Source: Aplysia californica
Lineage: Eukaryota
Reading direction: 5' to 3'
Length of the DNA stretch: 64,000 nucleotides
Assembly: GCF_000002075.1 (NCBI RefSeq)
Contig: NW_004797311.1
Coordinates: 673,968-737,967, forward strand
Positions 27,770-41,244 of this stretch are shown one piece after another. The notes beneath the pieces are model-generated. The model searched no databases, was not told the DNA's origin, and was given only the letters and a program-made list of their open reading frames with translations. A program made the translations under genes and the position numbers. Within the stretch, counting starts at the first letter, position 1. Each line of letters starts with the position of its first letter.

Positions 27770-28632
27770 CTACTTTCTTATCACACGAATTTCCGGTTAT
27801 AGCTTTCAGAGTACGCTCAGTAGGCTTGAGCTGGGCCGATACCATGATTTACGTAGGCCTATCGGCTCTGTGCTCTCACCATTTCGTATTAAAAATTCTG
27901 TTAAAATAAAAGCGTTGATGTATTTTTGCCTAAAATTGCAAGAAATTGCGAAAATAGCAAAAAATTGCGGGTTTATTGCGGAACTCGACGAAAACGCTGC
28001 CGCAAGACCGCGATTTCCTGGAGGGCCAGAATTATTGTAGTAACTTCTGAACACAAAATTTGGGATACTACTCTTTGATGTACTCTTAGGTGTGTATTTG
28101 GTATTTTCCAAAGCCCTGACTTTTGTTAAAAAGTGGGTTCAGCTTCTCAAAAGGGCACACACTTGTCGTTTCTGTGGCTTTTGCAGTGTTGTTTATTGTT
28201 GAAAGAATTCGAATTATTCTTTGGAAATATCAATGTTTCAGTTTGCCCGGAGATTCAGCCGCAATGAGCCTCTCACCCTGGACTGGTTGTGCAGACAGAT
28301 TGGCTGGCCTTTGAAGCCCCCAGAGAACTTGGTGGAGTTGGTTCATCTAGAGAGTGTCTTTGATGTACTGGATCTCTACCTGTGGCTCAGGTCAGGATGA
28401 TTTATTGTCACTGAAACCAGTGCAATGTATATATATTTTCTACCAGTTTCTCACAACTAAGTCAAGCATATTATGTTCAGAATATCNNNNNNNNNNNNNN
28501 NNNNNNNNNNNNNNNNNNNNNNNNNNNNNNNNNNNNNNNNNNNNNNNNNNNNNNNNNNNNNNNNNNNNNNNNNNNNNNNNNNNNNNTACACACACACATA
28601 CAGGCATGCCGCACACATGCACACGCACAGGC

Positions 28633-28697
<65 letters not shown>

Positions 28698-31600
28698 GAT
28701 GATGTTTTATTTTCTCCTGGTAGATCTGGTCATTTCACCTTGTATTCAGGTACCCAGAGGCACGGTCTATGCAAAGAAAGTTCATCTTCCATGCTGGCCC
28801 GACCAACAGTGGAAAGACTTACCAGGCCCTGGAAAGGTTCATCAATGCCAAATCTGGTATCTACTGTGGCCCTCTCAAGCTTTTGGCTTCAGAGGTCTAC
28901 CACAAGTGCAATGAGGCTGTAAGTGCCAGAACAATTTTAAAGCAAAATTGTTCATCTCTATTTCAGTAAGACATCATGCTTAGGTCACCTGGACAGCTAT
29001 CTAATCTTATGTAAGTTGCAGGCTTTATCATTGACTTAAAAGTCACCTTTTGTACTAAGATGAGCTAGGCAGTGGAGACATTTGTCTGCTTTAAAGATTT
29101 AAAAAAAAAAAAAAAGAACAGAAGTTTGAGATTGTTTTGAGGATTTGTTTTGTCTGTCAAATATTTAGTTCCTTTTGACACTCTAAATTGAATGAAGTAA
29201 AAACGATTTTTCTCTAACTTCTTTTCCCTTTTTTACTAAAGGGATAGTCTGTTTCTTTTGGTCTTGAAAGAAAATTGTATCTCTACGTTGACCTTGAAAA
29301 GAGATAATGAACTATCTGTTGACATGAGCTAGGTTTCTTTCCCAACGCAAATTGAAAAATGTTTGCCTCCGGTTCTGAGTTAACCATGCATAACTTTTTC
29401 TGATGTCTTTGCACAATTATCACAAATACAAGAACAATTCTGGACTTAACAATATTTTATAATTTTCAGAAATTGTATGTGACCAAAATCTCTACAGTTT
29501 TTCTGTTTATTCATGTTTCAATTAATCTCAGATGTTGAAGAACTAAAAGAAATTTCCTCCTTCCGTCCATGATGAAACTGAGGATTACAAACCCAAGGGT
29601 GGTTGGATTTACTATAATTTCTGTGTTTTTTGTTTTCTTGTATGTAGGGAACTCCATGTGATCTTGTTACTGGTGAAGAACGACGACATGCAAATGAGGA
29701 TGGCTCACAGTCCAGTCATGTTGCATGTACAGTAGAAATGACCAGCCTGACCACTCAGTGTATGTACATTGTCCTCTGTGCTGTAACATTTTGGCATTCC
29801 TCTTCTTGTTTAGAAGAATAGAAGTTAATTATTAAGTTATCATGGAAATTAAATTAGGTCTACATAATCTTGGTGCTATTGAATTAAAGTGTATTTTAAT
29901 TAGGGTTCATGAAGTTTTATGTAGTTGCTGAAAATTTTAGAATATAAATTTGTTCGTTCTGAAGGACCCACGTACAACAGAGCCAATCATCTGTTGTTGC
30001 TTTTTATTTCTGACATATGTTTTGTATTACTGCAGTAGTACTTTCCTTTTTCATCTTTTTCTATCGGCTCTGAGATCGATGTATTCTTTATTGCTTTCAT
30101 TATGTATCTATAAAGCCATGCCACACGAACAAAGTTTTGGTATACCAAATGACCCTTTCTAGTATGCTAAAGTGGGAAGATACCAGTATAAGACTGAGAT
30201 TCTTAAGATCATTAGTCTGTTATCCTGCTTTGTGAGCAAAACATGGTGACTTTTAGAAAGCACATTCCAGCTTCTTTTTCCTTACTTCAACCAGCTATAA
30301 ATGAGCTCTCCTTTGTCAAAACAAACAACACTTTGTGAACTATATCAGTATCGACTGCTTAGTATAAGATTCTGCCATATGCCATTAGGAAGAGTGATGC
30401 TTGATGGAATCTTACACTGAGCAGTCATTATGAGCATGATGAGCTGCATGTCTGCTGAAGGATGTTTATGGTGAGGTAGAATATACAAGCTGGTATTGGG
30501 AGAGCGTTCAGTTGTACAGGTATGCTGTTTCATGATAATGTTTACTCTACAGATGATGTAGCAGTGGTAGATGAGATCCAAATGATCAGGGACGCTCAGC
30601 GAGGATGGGCGTGGACCCGCGCTGTTCTGGGTCTGTATGCCGAGGAGATTCATGTGTGTGGAGAAGCCTCGTCTATTGACTTGGTGAGAGAGTTGGCACT
30701 CACCACTGGCGAGGAAGTAGAGGTATGGGAAATTTGCTTCTTTATCTTAATTAGTTTTTTACATAATGCATCTTTCTGAGTATCTATGTCTGGTGTATAT
30801 TTTCCTCAAGGTCCTAGTTTAAAGGTCAACTGGAGATTTTTTTTTACCTCGCTTTTGTAAAGCTCCTGGATTTCAAGAAGTATGTGTGGTACTAGTATGC
30901 CCTTTATAATCGATGCTTAGTTGTACAGGATTCCATTCAAATTATATTCTTTAAGTGAGTGCTGTTCGAGATCATATATATGCCTTGTTTTTGATATTCA
31001 GACTGAAGGATTGGTTCACAAGCAGACTATTTATCCCCTGTTTTTCTCATTTCAAAGAATATCTAAGTATTTCTATGAAAGTGATTGAAATTTTGTCGAT
31101 TGGAAAAGCTTTAAGAAGAAAATCAGGCCTCTTTTTTCCCTTCTTACAATAGTGAGAACATTGAATACTTTCTTTAGCTGTGGATATTATTTCATCAACA
31201 TTGTCGAAAATAGCAATAACTTGAAATTGTTTTTGCAGGTGAGAAGATACAAGCGACTCACAAATCTCTCTTATTTAGACCATGCTGTTGGTGAGTATAT
31301 TGAGGTCATAGCCTAATTTTTTTTCCCCATCTTTTTTTAAAAATCTTTTTTTGCATAATTTCTTATAAAATTCTTGACCAATCCTCTCCTACTTTGGTAG
31401 GATTAGCAGCATATATACATAAAGCTTTATTCATGTCCACTAATGATTTTGATGTTCACACCTAGTATATTGAGTCAATTGATTTTTGTTTGTCTTGGGA
31501 TTGGTTGTTATTTGGGGTTGGGGTGGGGGTTTTACATTATGATTTTATTTTTCCATTTTCATGTTGGTCGAAGTCTGTGGAATCGGGAGGATTCATAGTG

Positions 31601-34600
31601 TTTACTTTCATGCTCATAGTTAGTGTCTATGCCTAGTTCTGAGAATGCTTTAAGTCCACAAAGCTGCCATTAACTTTTGAGAATTGAAAATTACGAAAAA
31701 TTGGGTATCAAATGTTTCTAGCATACGTGACTAAAGTGGGTCATCTCCACCAGGGCAGTGCTACTGACTGAAGTTGTCTTTAGGCCATTCCCAAAGGTGG
31801 GATATTAACATGTTCTTATGCACAGTAGAATTGTAAACTGGCTGATTTATCAATGTCATGCTCATACTGTGCCGGAGCAACATTGGGGGAACTGCTGCTT
31901 TTTCTTTCCTCATCTTTACTATTGTAATTTTCCTGTACTTCTTTAGTATGTTTGTCACTCTCTTGTGAACTGCTATTTCGAGGGTTCCTTGATAGTAGAA
32001 GCAGACTTTGTGCTGTTGAGGCAAGTGAGGTGAGCAGAGTGAGCCTGATTCCCCGTTTGGACTTCTCTGTTGACATCCACCCCTTTGTGTTCATATGCAG
32101 TTGCAAGTGGCGTAAAACTTTATTAAAGCAAAAAGAAACAAAAGTGGGTCCAATTTGTAGAGTCTTTTATTTTCCACCAGTTTAGGAAAGATGCATGTCC
32201 TTCACATAGTCTTGTACAGTTCATTGCTGTTCTTCCTCATAAACTATGATTAAATTATTGTTTTCTTGCTGTATTTCCTAAAAAATTTTTTTTTATTTTT
32301 TGCATTTGCATTTTCCAGAGAAGTTTGAGAATGTCAGACCAGGGGATTGCATTGTGTGCTTCAACAAAAATGACATTTATTATGTGACTAAACAACTTGA
32401 ACAGCAAAACAAAGAATGTGCAGTCATCTATGGGTCCCTTCCTCCTTGTAAGTTTGTCTCCGTCAGAATTATTACTCATGACAATGAGATATGAAGTTAA
32501 TATGTGTAAGAATGATTACTCTTGACAATGAGATATGAAGTTAATATGTGATAGAAAATTTTGATTCCAATATTATTTAAAAGATATAATCACTCTTCTT
32601 GCGTCTCATGGGGTAATTTATCTGATTAGAGTATTGGCTATGTTTATTTTCATTTCTGGCTCAAATTCACTGAGAATTAATTACTAAGAGACCATTTATA
32701 GTGGAGGTTGCATACACAATCACTTCTTCAAGTTTGATGACATGTATATTTTTTTTTTCTTTTAGAAGTAGAAGAGGTGTATAATGTCGGCTGTCTTGGT
32801 CTTCCTGCTTTTCCCCTTTGGGTATTAATGCAAGTCTGTTGGATATGGCCTGCAGGTGATTTTTCAAATCCACGTTTGCTAGAGGCTGCTGCGTCTGTAT
32901 AACTTGTCCTTTCATGCCCTTTGCTGTTTATCATTCTTCATAAAACCCGTAACAAAATGAAAATGATTGCATATTTTGAAATTTTATGTTTTGTGACACA
33001 TGTTTTTCTTATGTTTCTCTTTCTATGACAGCAACAAAGCTTGCTCAAGCTGCCAAGTTTAATGATCCCAACAACTCTTGCAAAGTCATGGTTGCTACGG
33101 ATGCCATTGGAATGGGATTGAATTTGTAAGTCTGTCTCTCAGCACATTTCAAGTAGATTTTTTCATGAAACTTTGGGAACCCAAAAAATGGTACACTTTT
33201 TACAGGCTTTCTAGCTGTGTCTGATTTAAGGACTGTCATAAACATTGATAGAATCTTCTACCTTTTGATCTCCAAAGGGTTAATAATTCTGTTACTGTAG
33301 CTTTAGTTGGCAAGATGCTTGACTATAAAGAGGGCATCTTTTGTTTTTCATTCCCTGCAGGGAAGATTGAATTAGAAGAAGAAGATGAACGAGAAGACCT
33401 TACAAGTTCCTTTTTGAATGTAATTTGTTTTGGGTTTCTTTTAGGCTTTCCGTCTTAGCATAGATGGATGTTACTGTGACATCCTATCCCCTTCAATGGA
33501 AATTCAAGTTGTGGTCACAGATTTTAAACAAGAAAATGTCCTGAAAATAGAGGTCTAAAGTTGATGCAGTTTGACCCAGTAATGAACCCTATTTTCTTAT
33601 TTCAGAGCCATTAAACGTATTGTGTTCTACTCTGTGATGAAACCCATGCTAAATGAAAAAGGAGACATCGAAATGGACCTCATCTCAACGTCTCAAGCCC
33701 TTCAGATAGGGGGTAGGGCTGGTCGCTACAACACGCTCTATGAGAATGGAGAAGTGACGACATTCTTTGCAAAAGATTTACGAATATTGAAGGATATCGT
33801 GAAACAACCGATTGAACCAATTATGGTAAATGACAAGAATAACGTGCATGTTTCTGTGTAAGAATGTAAGATAATTCCTCAGCAGACGAGATTTCTCACC
33901 TAAGGAAATCTTTGTATATTTGTTATCAAATATTATATCAAATACAATAAGGGACTCGCTGAAGATAAAGTATTATGTATGCAATTTCTTCTGTTTTTAT
34001 CTGAGAGTACTGTAAGCTATATTTTCAGAGTAGCATGCTGTGCCCTTTGCAAAAATACTTTTTTGGGGGGTTTTTTGTTCACCCTGCTACCATTATCAAT
34101 AATGGCAGAAAAACAAAGGTGGCGTGTGAGTGTCTGACCGTGTGTCACCTCTTATGTCCTCCATGGGACTGAGACAGGAAATTAGAATGAACAGGTCATT
34201 CAAGGAAGTTAATGTAATGCAACCTTTGGATAAGATTCTTTTCAAAAAAATTATAAACTGTAAACGATTACTTTCCCATTTACCTGTCTGTTGTTAGAAG
34301 AACTGAAACAGGAGGTCTTGAGGCCAGTAATGATTATTCATGTGTTTTTCATATTTGATTGTTATCATACCAAAGTGATTTTATTTAACAAAGTTCTTTG
34401 CTCATTTTTAATGACTCTTGAGAATTATGCAAGTACAAATAGATTGTTTTTGTTTTTTCTCTTTTAGCAAGGAGGATTACATCCAACTGCTGATCAGATT
34501 GAACTGTTTGCCTACCATCTCCCTAAGGCTTCTTTGTCAAATTTGATAGTAAGTATTTGACAGAGTGTAAAATGTTAGATAAATTTGACCTTTTTCTTTT

Positions 34601-35579
34601 CTTTTTGTTATTCACTTAAAAGCATTAAAGATCACTTCTTTAGACTGATCTGAAATCTGTGTGAATGTAATTTAAACATAATATTTCCGAAATATCCAGT
34701 CCAAATCCCTGCTTTTGTGTCATACAAGACTCTTTGGGATCTTAAATCAATCAAAGACATTTGCATATTCTGTAAAAAAAATACAAAATTGTTATTTCCA
34801 AGGAAATGACCTACTCCCCTAGTACTTATTAAAGTTAAGTTAAATATACAATTTTTACATTCCTATTTCAGGACAGTCTGAAAGTATCGGTTGTTTAGCT
34901 GTTACTGTATGATCAGATAGCATAACAATATTTTTGAATATTTCAGACCTACTACTATGCATAAAAACAAGGTATTATGGAAATTTTTTGCTCAACATTC
35001 TTCTCTAGCTTTTGAAAGGGCAGTAACATGTAAAAGAAAATGGTTTACACTTATGGTCAAAATGGCCATTATTGAGGCTGTTAGTAGAGACAAAACACAA
35101 ACGCTCAAATATATGAGGAGATTTTGTTCTATAATGCAGCTCCTTGTTATTTCCTCTGATATCTGATAGCTTCTGTTTTTATCCCCCCCCCCCTCCCCTT
35201 TGANNNNNNNNNNNNNNNNNNNNNNNNNNNNNNNNNNNNNNNNNNNNNNNNNNNNNNNNNNNNNNNNNNNNNNNNNNNNNNNNNNNNNNNNNNNNNNNNN
35301 NNNATATAATGTATAAATAAGTGTATACAGGAATAAAGGTAGTGGCGCGTTAGAATATAAATAATCTATGAAAATAGTTTTTTGAAAAATCAACCAGGTA
35401 AAAATGCGGTAAACAATGCAAAGATACCAGTTCCGTTCAACATTAAAACATGTCTTCTAAACAGATGCAATTTTTAAATACGTGTATAATATGGTGCGAA
35501 AAGTATTCTGAGATATCACAGATTCTCCCCCCCCCCTCACTCCCTCGTTCTTTCTTTCTCCCTCTCGCTTTCCTTCTTT

Positions 35580-35622
<43 letters not shown>

Positions 35623-38600
35623 ATCTTTTGATTCTAGCAACAGCGAGACATGGCTTGAATTAGACTTTGTGTTTTGTTTGTTTCCTCATGTTTTTGCAGA
35701 GTTTGACCATTGTGAATTGTCTAAAAAGTCGGTTTGGAAAATAACGCTCTGTTGTTATGACTAACTTAAATAAAGCCATAAAATTCTACAAGTCATTCCT
35801 TTCAGTCCATAGACCTGATCATTGTAACATTGAAGTAAAAAAAAAAAGTACTTAAAAGTAGAAGTCACAAATATCTGTTCCACAATTTCAAACCATATTC
35901 TTGCCTTATTTGAAAATATATTTCTACTCCTCATAGGACATCTTTGAAATGAGTTGTGAACTGGATCAAGATACGTTCTTCATGTGCAAAAACGATGATT
36001 TCAAGTTCCTGGCTGACATGATAGAGCATGTGCCCCTCTCCTTGCGAGTGCGATATGTCTTTTGCAGTGCCCCTATCTCTGTGAAGCAGCCATTTGCTTG
36101 TGCTATGTTTCTCAAGGTAAGTTTATTATTCCTGTGTTCTGTATGCTGACTTGTAACAAACACCTCGAAACTGAAGTTTATAGGAACCAATGAAAGAGGG
36201 TTTGATGGTTTGTTTTCACTTCTGAAATTCTCTTTGCCACATTTTTTTTTTCAAATGTTTGCACTCTGGGGTCTCTAATTTGATGAAGCTGTGTTTAAAC
36301 TGATGTGCCCAGCAATTGGAGCTTCAGTGTAAAATAAGACCTCATCTCATCTCTTTTAACACTGCAGTTTTATTTACCTTTTTAGAATGGATGTTTGAAT
36401 TATAAATGTTTTGGTATTGCAAGATAAAACAATGTTGGAGCATATTTGGATAATGAGATGGTGTCTAAACAACTGTCAGGTTGAATTACAGTTATATAGT
36501 AAATATAATCTATATAGAATTTCACTTCTGTTTGATTTTTATCTCATAAGTTTGTTTCTTTATATATTTTGTAATGGGTTTTGATTTCTTTTTGTTTGTT
36601 TTAGTTGTTAATTTTGTTCGCCAGCAGGAGGTATTTGAAAAGAGGTGCTTCAATGCTAAATATTTTCAAATAATTTTGTTAACGTTGTTGTAGTTTTAGT
36701 AGTATTGTCTGGCCCCGTGGAAAATTGCATTTTTTAAATAGAAAAATTGCAAAAAATTGCAAAAAATTGCAAGGTAAATCGCCTAAAATTTGCAAAAAAT
36801 TGCAACCTTCCCATCCCAGGCGCATTAATACGGGCTTAACATTTTTAGTTTAAAAAACATGACAATTTTGAGTACCGGTAGCATAAAAGCAGCTCAGCCT
36901 TTTAAAAAATCATGACAAACAATACAAATTCATCAAATGTTATTAACAACATTTACTAGTAACAACACACGAGTACGTTAACAATGAAGTTATCGACCAA
37001 ATATAATATGATAACGCGAGACACAAAATAACGGAACCCTCGGTTTTCGTAATAACTTTTAAATGTAGGCATAAAATTTGACCAAATTTAGTACATACCG
37101 GGTACTTGGTTCATGCAAAAATCTAGAAGTGTATGAGGTTTAGTCTATAAAAAACAAAAAAAATTGACGAGAGAATTTCGAAACAATCTATAAATACAAA
37201 ATAAGCTTATGCTTCAATCAAATCAGATCCTGTTCTATTTTTCTCTTGAAACCTTCGATACAGCGGTAATCTTTAGATCTATTTCTGATATTTTCTGTTT
37301 TAAAACTGGCATGGTATTGTTTTAACACTAAGTCAAATCGTAAAATACAGCAAATTTTTTTTTCCATTTATAAACAATAGTAATACATGTACTAATGTAG
37401 ATCTAGATCATTTCTATAGCACCCACTCCCGTGTGAACGCAGCTTAAGGCTTTTTACATTATTTATGGGGTGTTTACGTACTCGGTACGCGGACACCTAG
37501 CCTCAGTGTCTACGTACACGGTAACCGGGCAGTTAAGAATTCCAAGTTCAGTTTTTGTCATCCGGTGTTGCCTTCAACTCCAGCCCTCCCCTGACTGTAC
37601 ATTTTTTAAAAAAAATCAATAATTCTCCTATTCCGGAGCCCTATACTTCGTAGCGCACAGACTTTGAATGAACTTTGGTGACCCCAACCGGTACTCACAA
37701 TGTGATGCGAGAGCACAGGTTCACTGACCGGTAATGATGGCGAGCCCGACAAGATGCGTGGATAACTTTCTTTTCTTTATTTCAACAAGTGACAGCACAG
37801 GACAAATATTGGTTAATATTCATTCCGGAGGGTTACCGTGTACGTAGATACTGAGACTAGGTGCCCGGTTACCGTGTATGTAGACACATGCTTCATGTAC
37901 GAACAATAGGCCTATTCACGCGCGCGCACTCACACGCACACACACTCACGTACACCTCACACACACACACACCTACTTTCTTATCACACGAATTTCCGGT
38001 TATAGCTTTCAGAGTACGCTCAGTAGGCTTGAGCTGGGCCGATACCATGATTTACGTAGGCCTATCGGCTCTGTGCTCTCACCATTTCGTATTAAAAATT
38101 CTGTTAAAATAAAAGCGTTGATGTATTTTTGCCTAAAATTGCAAGAAATTGCGAAAATAGCAAAAAATTGCGGGTTTATTGCGGAACTCGACGAAAACGC
38201 TGCCGCAAGACCGCGATTTCCTGGAGGGCCAGAATTATTGTAGTAACTTCTGAACACAAAATTTGGGATACTACTCTTTGATGTACTCTTAGGTGTGTAT
38301 TTGGTATTTTCCAAAGCCCTGACTTTTGTTAAAAAGTGGGTTCAGCTTCTCAAAAGGGCACACACTTGTCGTTTCTGTGGCTTTTGCAGTGTTGTTTATT
38401 GTTGAAAGAATTCGAATTATTCTTTGGAAATATCAATGTTTCAGTTTGCCCGGAGATTCAGCCGCAATGAGCCTCTCACCCTGGACTGGTTGTGCAGACA
38501 GATTGGCTGGCCTTTGAAGCCCCCAGAGAACTTGGTGGAGTTGGTTCATCTAGAGAGTGTCTTTGATGTACTGGATCTCTACCTGTGGCTCAGGTCAGGA

Positions 38601-40201
38601 TGATTTATTGTCACTGAAACCAGTGCAATGTATATATATTTTCTACCAGTTTCTCACAACTAAGTCAAGCATATTATGTTCAGAATATCTGATTTGGGGG
38701 GGGGGGGGGGTTGTATGCTTTTATTACTTTCATATATGCTTAACAATTTCTTACTTTATTGAACAAATTTGATTGTAAATTACAAAAGTGTATGTTGAAA
38801 TTATTGTATTAAATTTAATTAAATATTTGAACAAAGGAGATACATTTTTTGGTAGTTTAATTTTAATGAATAAAGAGCCCTGTTTCCTCACCCAGAAATG
38901 TATTCTTATATATGCAAATGTTTTCGAACACATAACTGTATAATGAATGAAGTTTTTGAAAGAGACATTTCTCTGAAGAGAATGTCAGTCACATATGAAT
39001 ATTGTTTAACTGTAACTGAATAGTATGTTTGGTTATTCTGTTTCAGTTATCGTTTTCAAGATCTGTTTCCTGAATCGCACCTGATTCGTGACGTACAAGG
39101 GGAGCTGGATCAAATCATTCAAAGTGGAGTCAGAAATATTGTGCAACTGGTCAAAAACCAAGAAAGAGAAAATAGTGGTGACTTGGATAGTGAGCAAGAT
39201 TTTGCGATCAAGACTCGGGCTCAGCGCAGCAAAATTCCCTCAGGCAGGAGAGCATTAGATGAAGGAATGCAGAAATTGCGCAGAGATGAAAAGGAGGTGC
39301 GCAGTGAAAGCAAGGTAAGATCAACTTTTCGTCTGAGCTAACAAGATTTTTTTCCTTCTTTTGAATAAGAATAATAAGATGGAGGGAGGGGAGGAGAAAA
39401 TATAGAAAGCTGTGAGTCTTCCATATTAATCTCTTGTAAGGAAGGGTTTACAAAAGCGTAACATAATATGTTGTGCTTAATATGTCGTCATTTATTTTTT
39501 ATGTAATGACGTTGGATTTTTTAAATATTGCACGTATAATTTCTGTTGCTCGAATGATCTCTTTAATTTATAATAGAAATCTTCAGTAATGCAGATCTCA
39601 CATCTTACGCTCTCAGAAATTTTCCATTATCTAAAACGTGTTTGGTCACCAAAGTTTCCTTGTCTTTTTGTCTTCATTTAAAGGAGTTCCAGGAATGTGT
39701 CCACTTTATTTAACACTTTATATTTACACCAGTTCATGGCCGTGATTCCTTTTGGACAATTTTTAATCACTTATTGATTAATGTTACAGTTAATACTGAA
39801 GGTAGCTCTCCATTGTGGGACACAAATTTTGATCAACACTAAAACTTAACACCCCAAAAATGTAGATAATGGATTGAAATATTTCTTCTTTCAAACTAAG
39901 GGGACAACTGGTCAACGGCCACTATCCTAGTTGTCAGTTATGATGCAGTGTACAGCAGGTTTGTCACCGTGCATTGTGGTATGTCGTAATTTAAAAGTTG
40001 TTCTTTTTTAATCCTTTACAGTTGGCTCACAGCAAACTGGCACAAAAACTGGTGGAGAGTGGAGTTGTTACCAAAGATATGTTGGACAAGCTGAAGGAGG
40101 AATGGAGTCTGGAACAGAATAAAAAGAAACAGACGTCTGCTGACGTTGATGGGGATGAAGACTGGACTGACAGCAGTGATAACGATGACAACAAAAGATG
40201 A
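24234..40201 (+). CDS. SUPV3L1: ATP-dependent RNA helicase SUPV3L1/SUV3, mitochondrial; complete, 16 coding exons, about 785 aa
   Basis: Exons 24234-24486, 25829-25906, 26119-26226, 26931-27045, 28750-28918, 29648-29759, 30553-30722, 31239-31290, 32319-32447, 33032-33125, 33606-33825, 34468-34548, 35937-36116, 38445-38593, 39047-39314, 40022-40201 total 2358 nt in frame. Motifs: [27 protein letters not shown] (Walker A), [54 protein letters not shown]. Basic N-terminal transit-like peptide. Confidence 0.97.
24782..24963 (+). mobile_element. About 180-bp SINE-like retroposon with 12-bp TSD
   Basis: AACAATCTCCTT at 24770-24781 and 24964-24975; homologous to 52848-53466 and about 43895-44075. 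Confidence 0.75.
25072..25352. mobile_element. TTAA-flanked (piggyBac-like) non-autonomous element
   Basis: TTAA|CTCTTT ... AAAGAG|TTAA with duplicated subterminal CTGGA(C/T)GCTCCCAGCATC. Confidence 0.5.
27760..28486 (+). other. Apparently identical copy of 37963-38689 (contains SUPV3L1 exon 14 copy at 28242-28390); probable misassembly
   Basis: Offset 10203 bp with identical ORF translations. It enters through (CA)n and ends at an N-gap, after which 27688-27770 is repeated. Confidence 0.8.
28487..28586. other. Assembly gap (100 N)
   Basis: N run. Confidence 1.
35204..35303. other. Assembly gap (100 N)
   Basis: N run. Confidence 1.
36708..38233. mobile_element. Non-autonomous DNA transposon (hAT/P-like) in a SUPV3L1 intron
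   Basis: Imperfect TIR TCTGGCCCCGTGGAAAATTGC / GCGATTTCCTGGAGGGCCAGA; flanks AGTATTGT / ATTATTGT; subterminal AAAAATTGC repeats at both ends. Confidence 0.6.
37470..37888. mobile_element. Nested MITE-like element with about 57-bp inverted ends
   Basis: CACCTAGCCTCAGTGTCTACGTACACGGTAACC vs GGTTACCGTGTACGTAGATACTGAGACTAGGTG. Confidence 0.65.
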
Positions 40202-40634
40202 TGATGATGATATATTTACTCCTGTATGTGACGCATGAAAAAGAATATGCCCGTTTGGTGTCTGTGGCTGCGTTAAAATGGTGTGTGTGTGAGAAAGTGA
40301 TGGTAAGTCTAACAGTAACAGTCCTGTAGCCTTGATACCAATTGTCACAGTATGCAGAATGCAAATGTTACATTTTGAGCATGTTGTAATTTGTGTCATG
40401 ATCTTTATATATTTACAAAATTGAGGCTGTAAACTATCCAAGAACTTATTTTGATTTTGTAATGTATTGGAATGATTGAGGTATCTTACAATATGCGAGT
40501 TTATAATTTGCCGTTTGACTGGCGCTGTGGGCCACCTTGTAGTGCTTTGATATGAGCTGCTCCGTTTTCTGGTAAGGAGTTTATCCTATCACAATGGGAT
40601 TTATGACTTGTGAGCATGCTCCAGATTTACAGAC

Positions 40635-40976
40635 TTACTTGGATTACTTGGATCCAGAGCTAGAATCATAGCAGGCAGCGCATGTCCATAGCTGCTCATC
40701 TCTCCTTTCCAGCATCCACCCCAGGGTCTTCCTGCTAATTGTCTCCATGAGGAGCTGGTTTGAGACACGCCTGACCACTCCTCGGAGCAAACTTTTTTTC
40801 CCTGTGCCCCGCACACACTTTTCTTTTATTGTGCTGAGTGTGTGGGAGTCTGTCTTATCTTGGTCATGAAGGCTCTCCTTGCATCTGGCGATCACCATTG
40901 GTCGGTCGAGCATGATTCAGCCATTGGATGTTCCTTTGCCAGCAAGTTCATCAGCACGTTCATTTACAAACCCGGC
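40635..40976 (-). mobile_element. 5'-truncated copy of the same LINE family (3' end only)
   Basis: Highly similar to 21452-21786 (EKCVRGTGKKSLLRGVVRRVSNQLLMETISRKTL..CAACYDSSSGSK*), followed by a TCCAAGTAA-type tail. Confidence 0.9.
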
Positions 40977-41068
40977 ATCTCATTTTTCATTATTAATAAT
41001 ATTAAGGTTCAAGATAGAGAAAACTTTAAGAATGATGAAAATGGAAGCTCAGTTGTAGCTCTGAATTA

Positions 41069-41244
41069 CAGTTGAACCTGTCTAAGAAGGCCACCAATTG
41101 TTGAGGATGAAAGTATCTACCTTAGGCAGACGGACATCTTGGACAGTTTCTTTTTCATGTTAAAAATGTTCAAGGAAGGAAATGGGAAGTGGCTGTTTGT
41201 ACAGGTGATTGTCTTAGAGGTGGCCATTAGAGCAGGTTTGACTG
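41069..41244. mobile_element. Short Tc1/mariner-type MITE related to 7369-8183
   Basis: TA|CAGTTGAACCTG ... CAGGTTTGACTG|TA; a further decayed copy lies near 54341-54480. Confidence 0.75.

Noticed and set aside
29522-29590. ATGATGA..CTGA with flanking stem as a snoRNA
   Set aside because: Only 2 nt separate the boxes and there is no convincing upstream C/D' pair.
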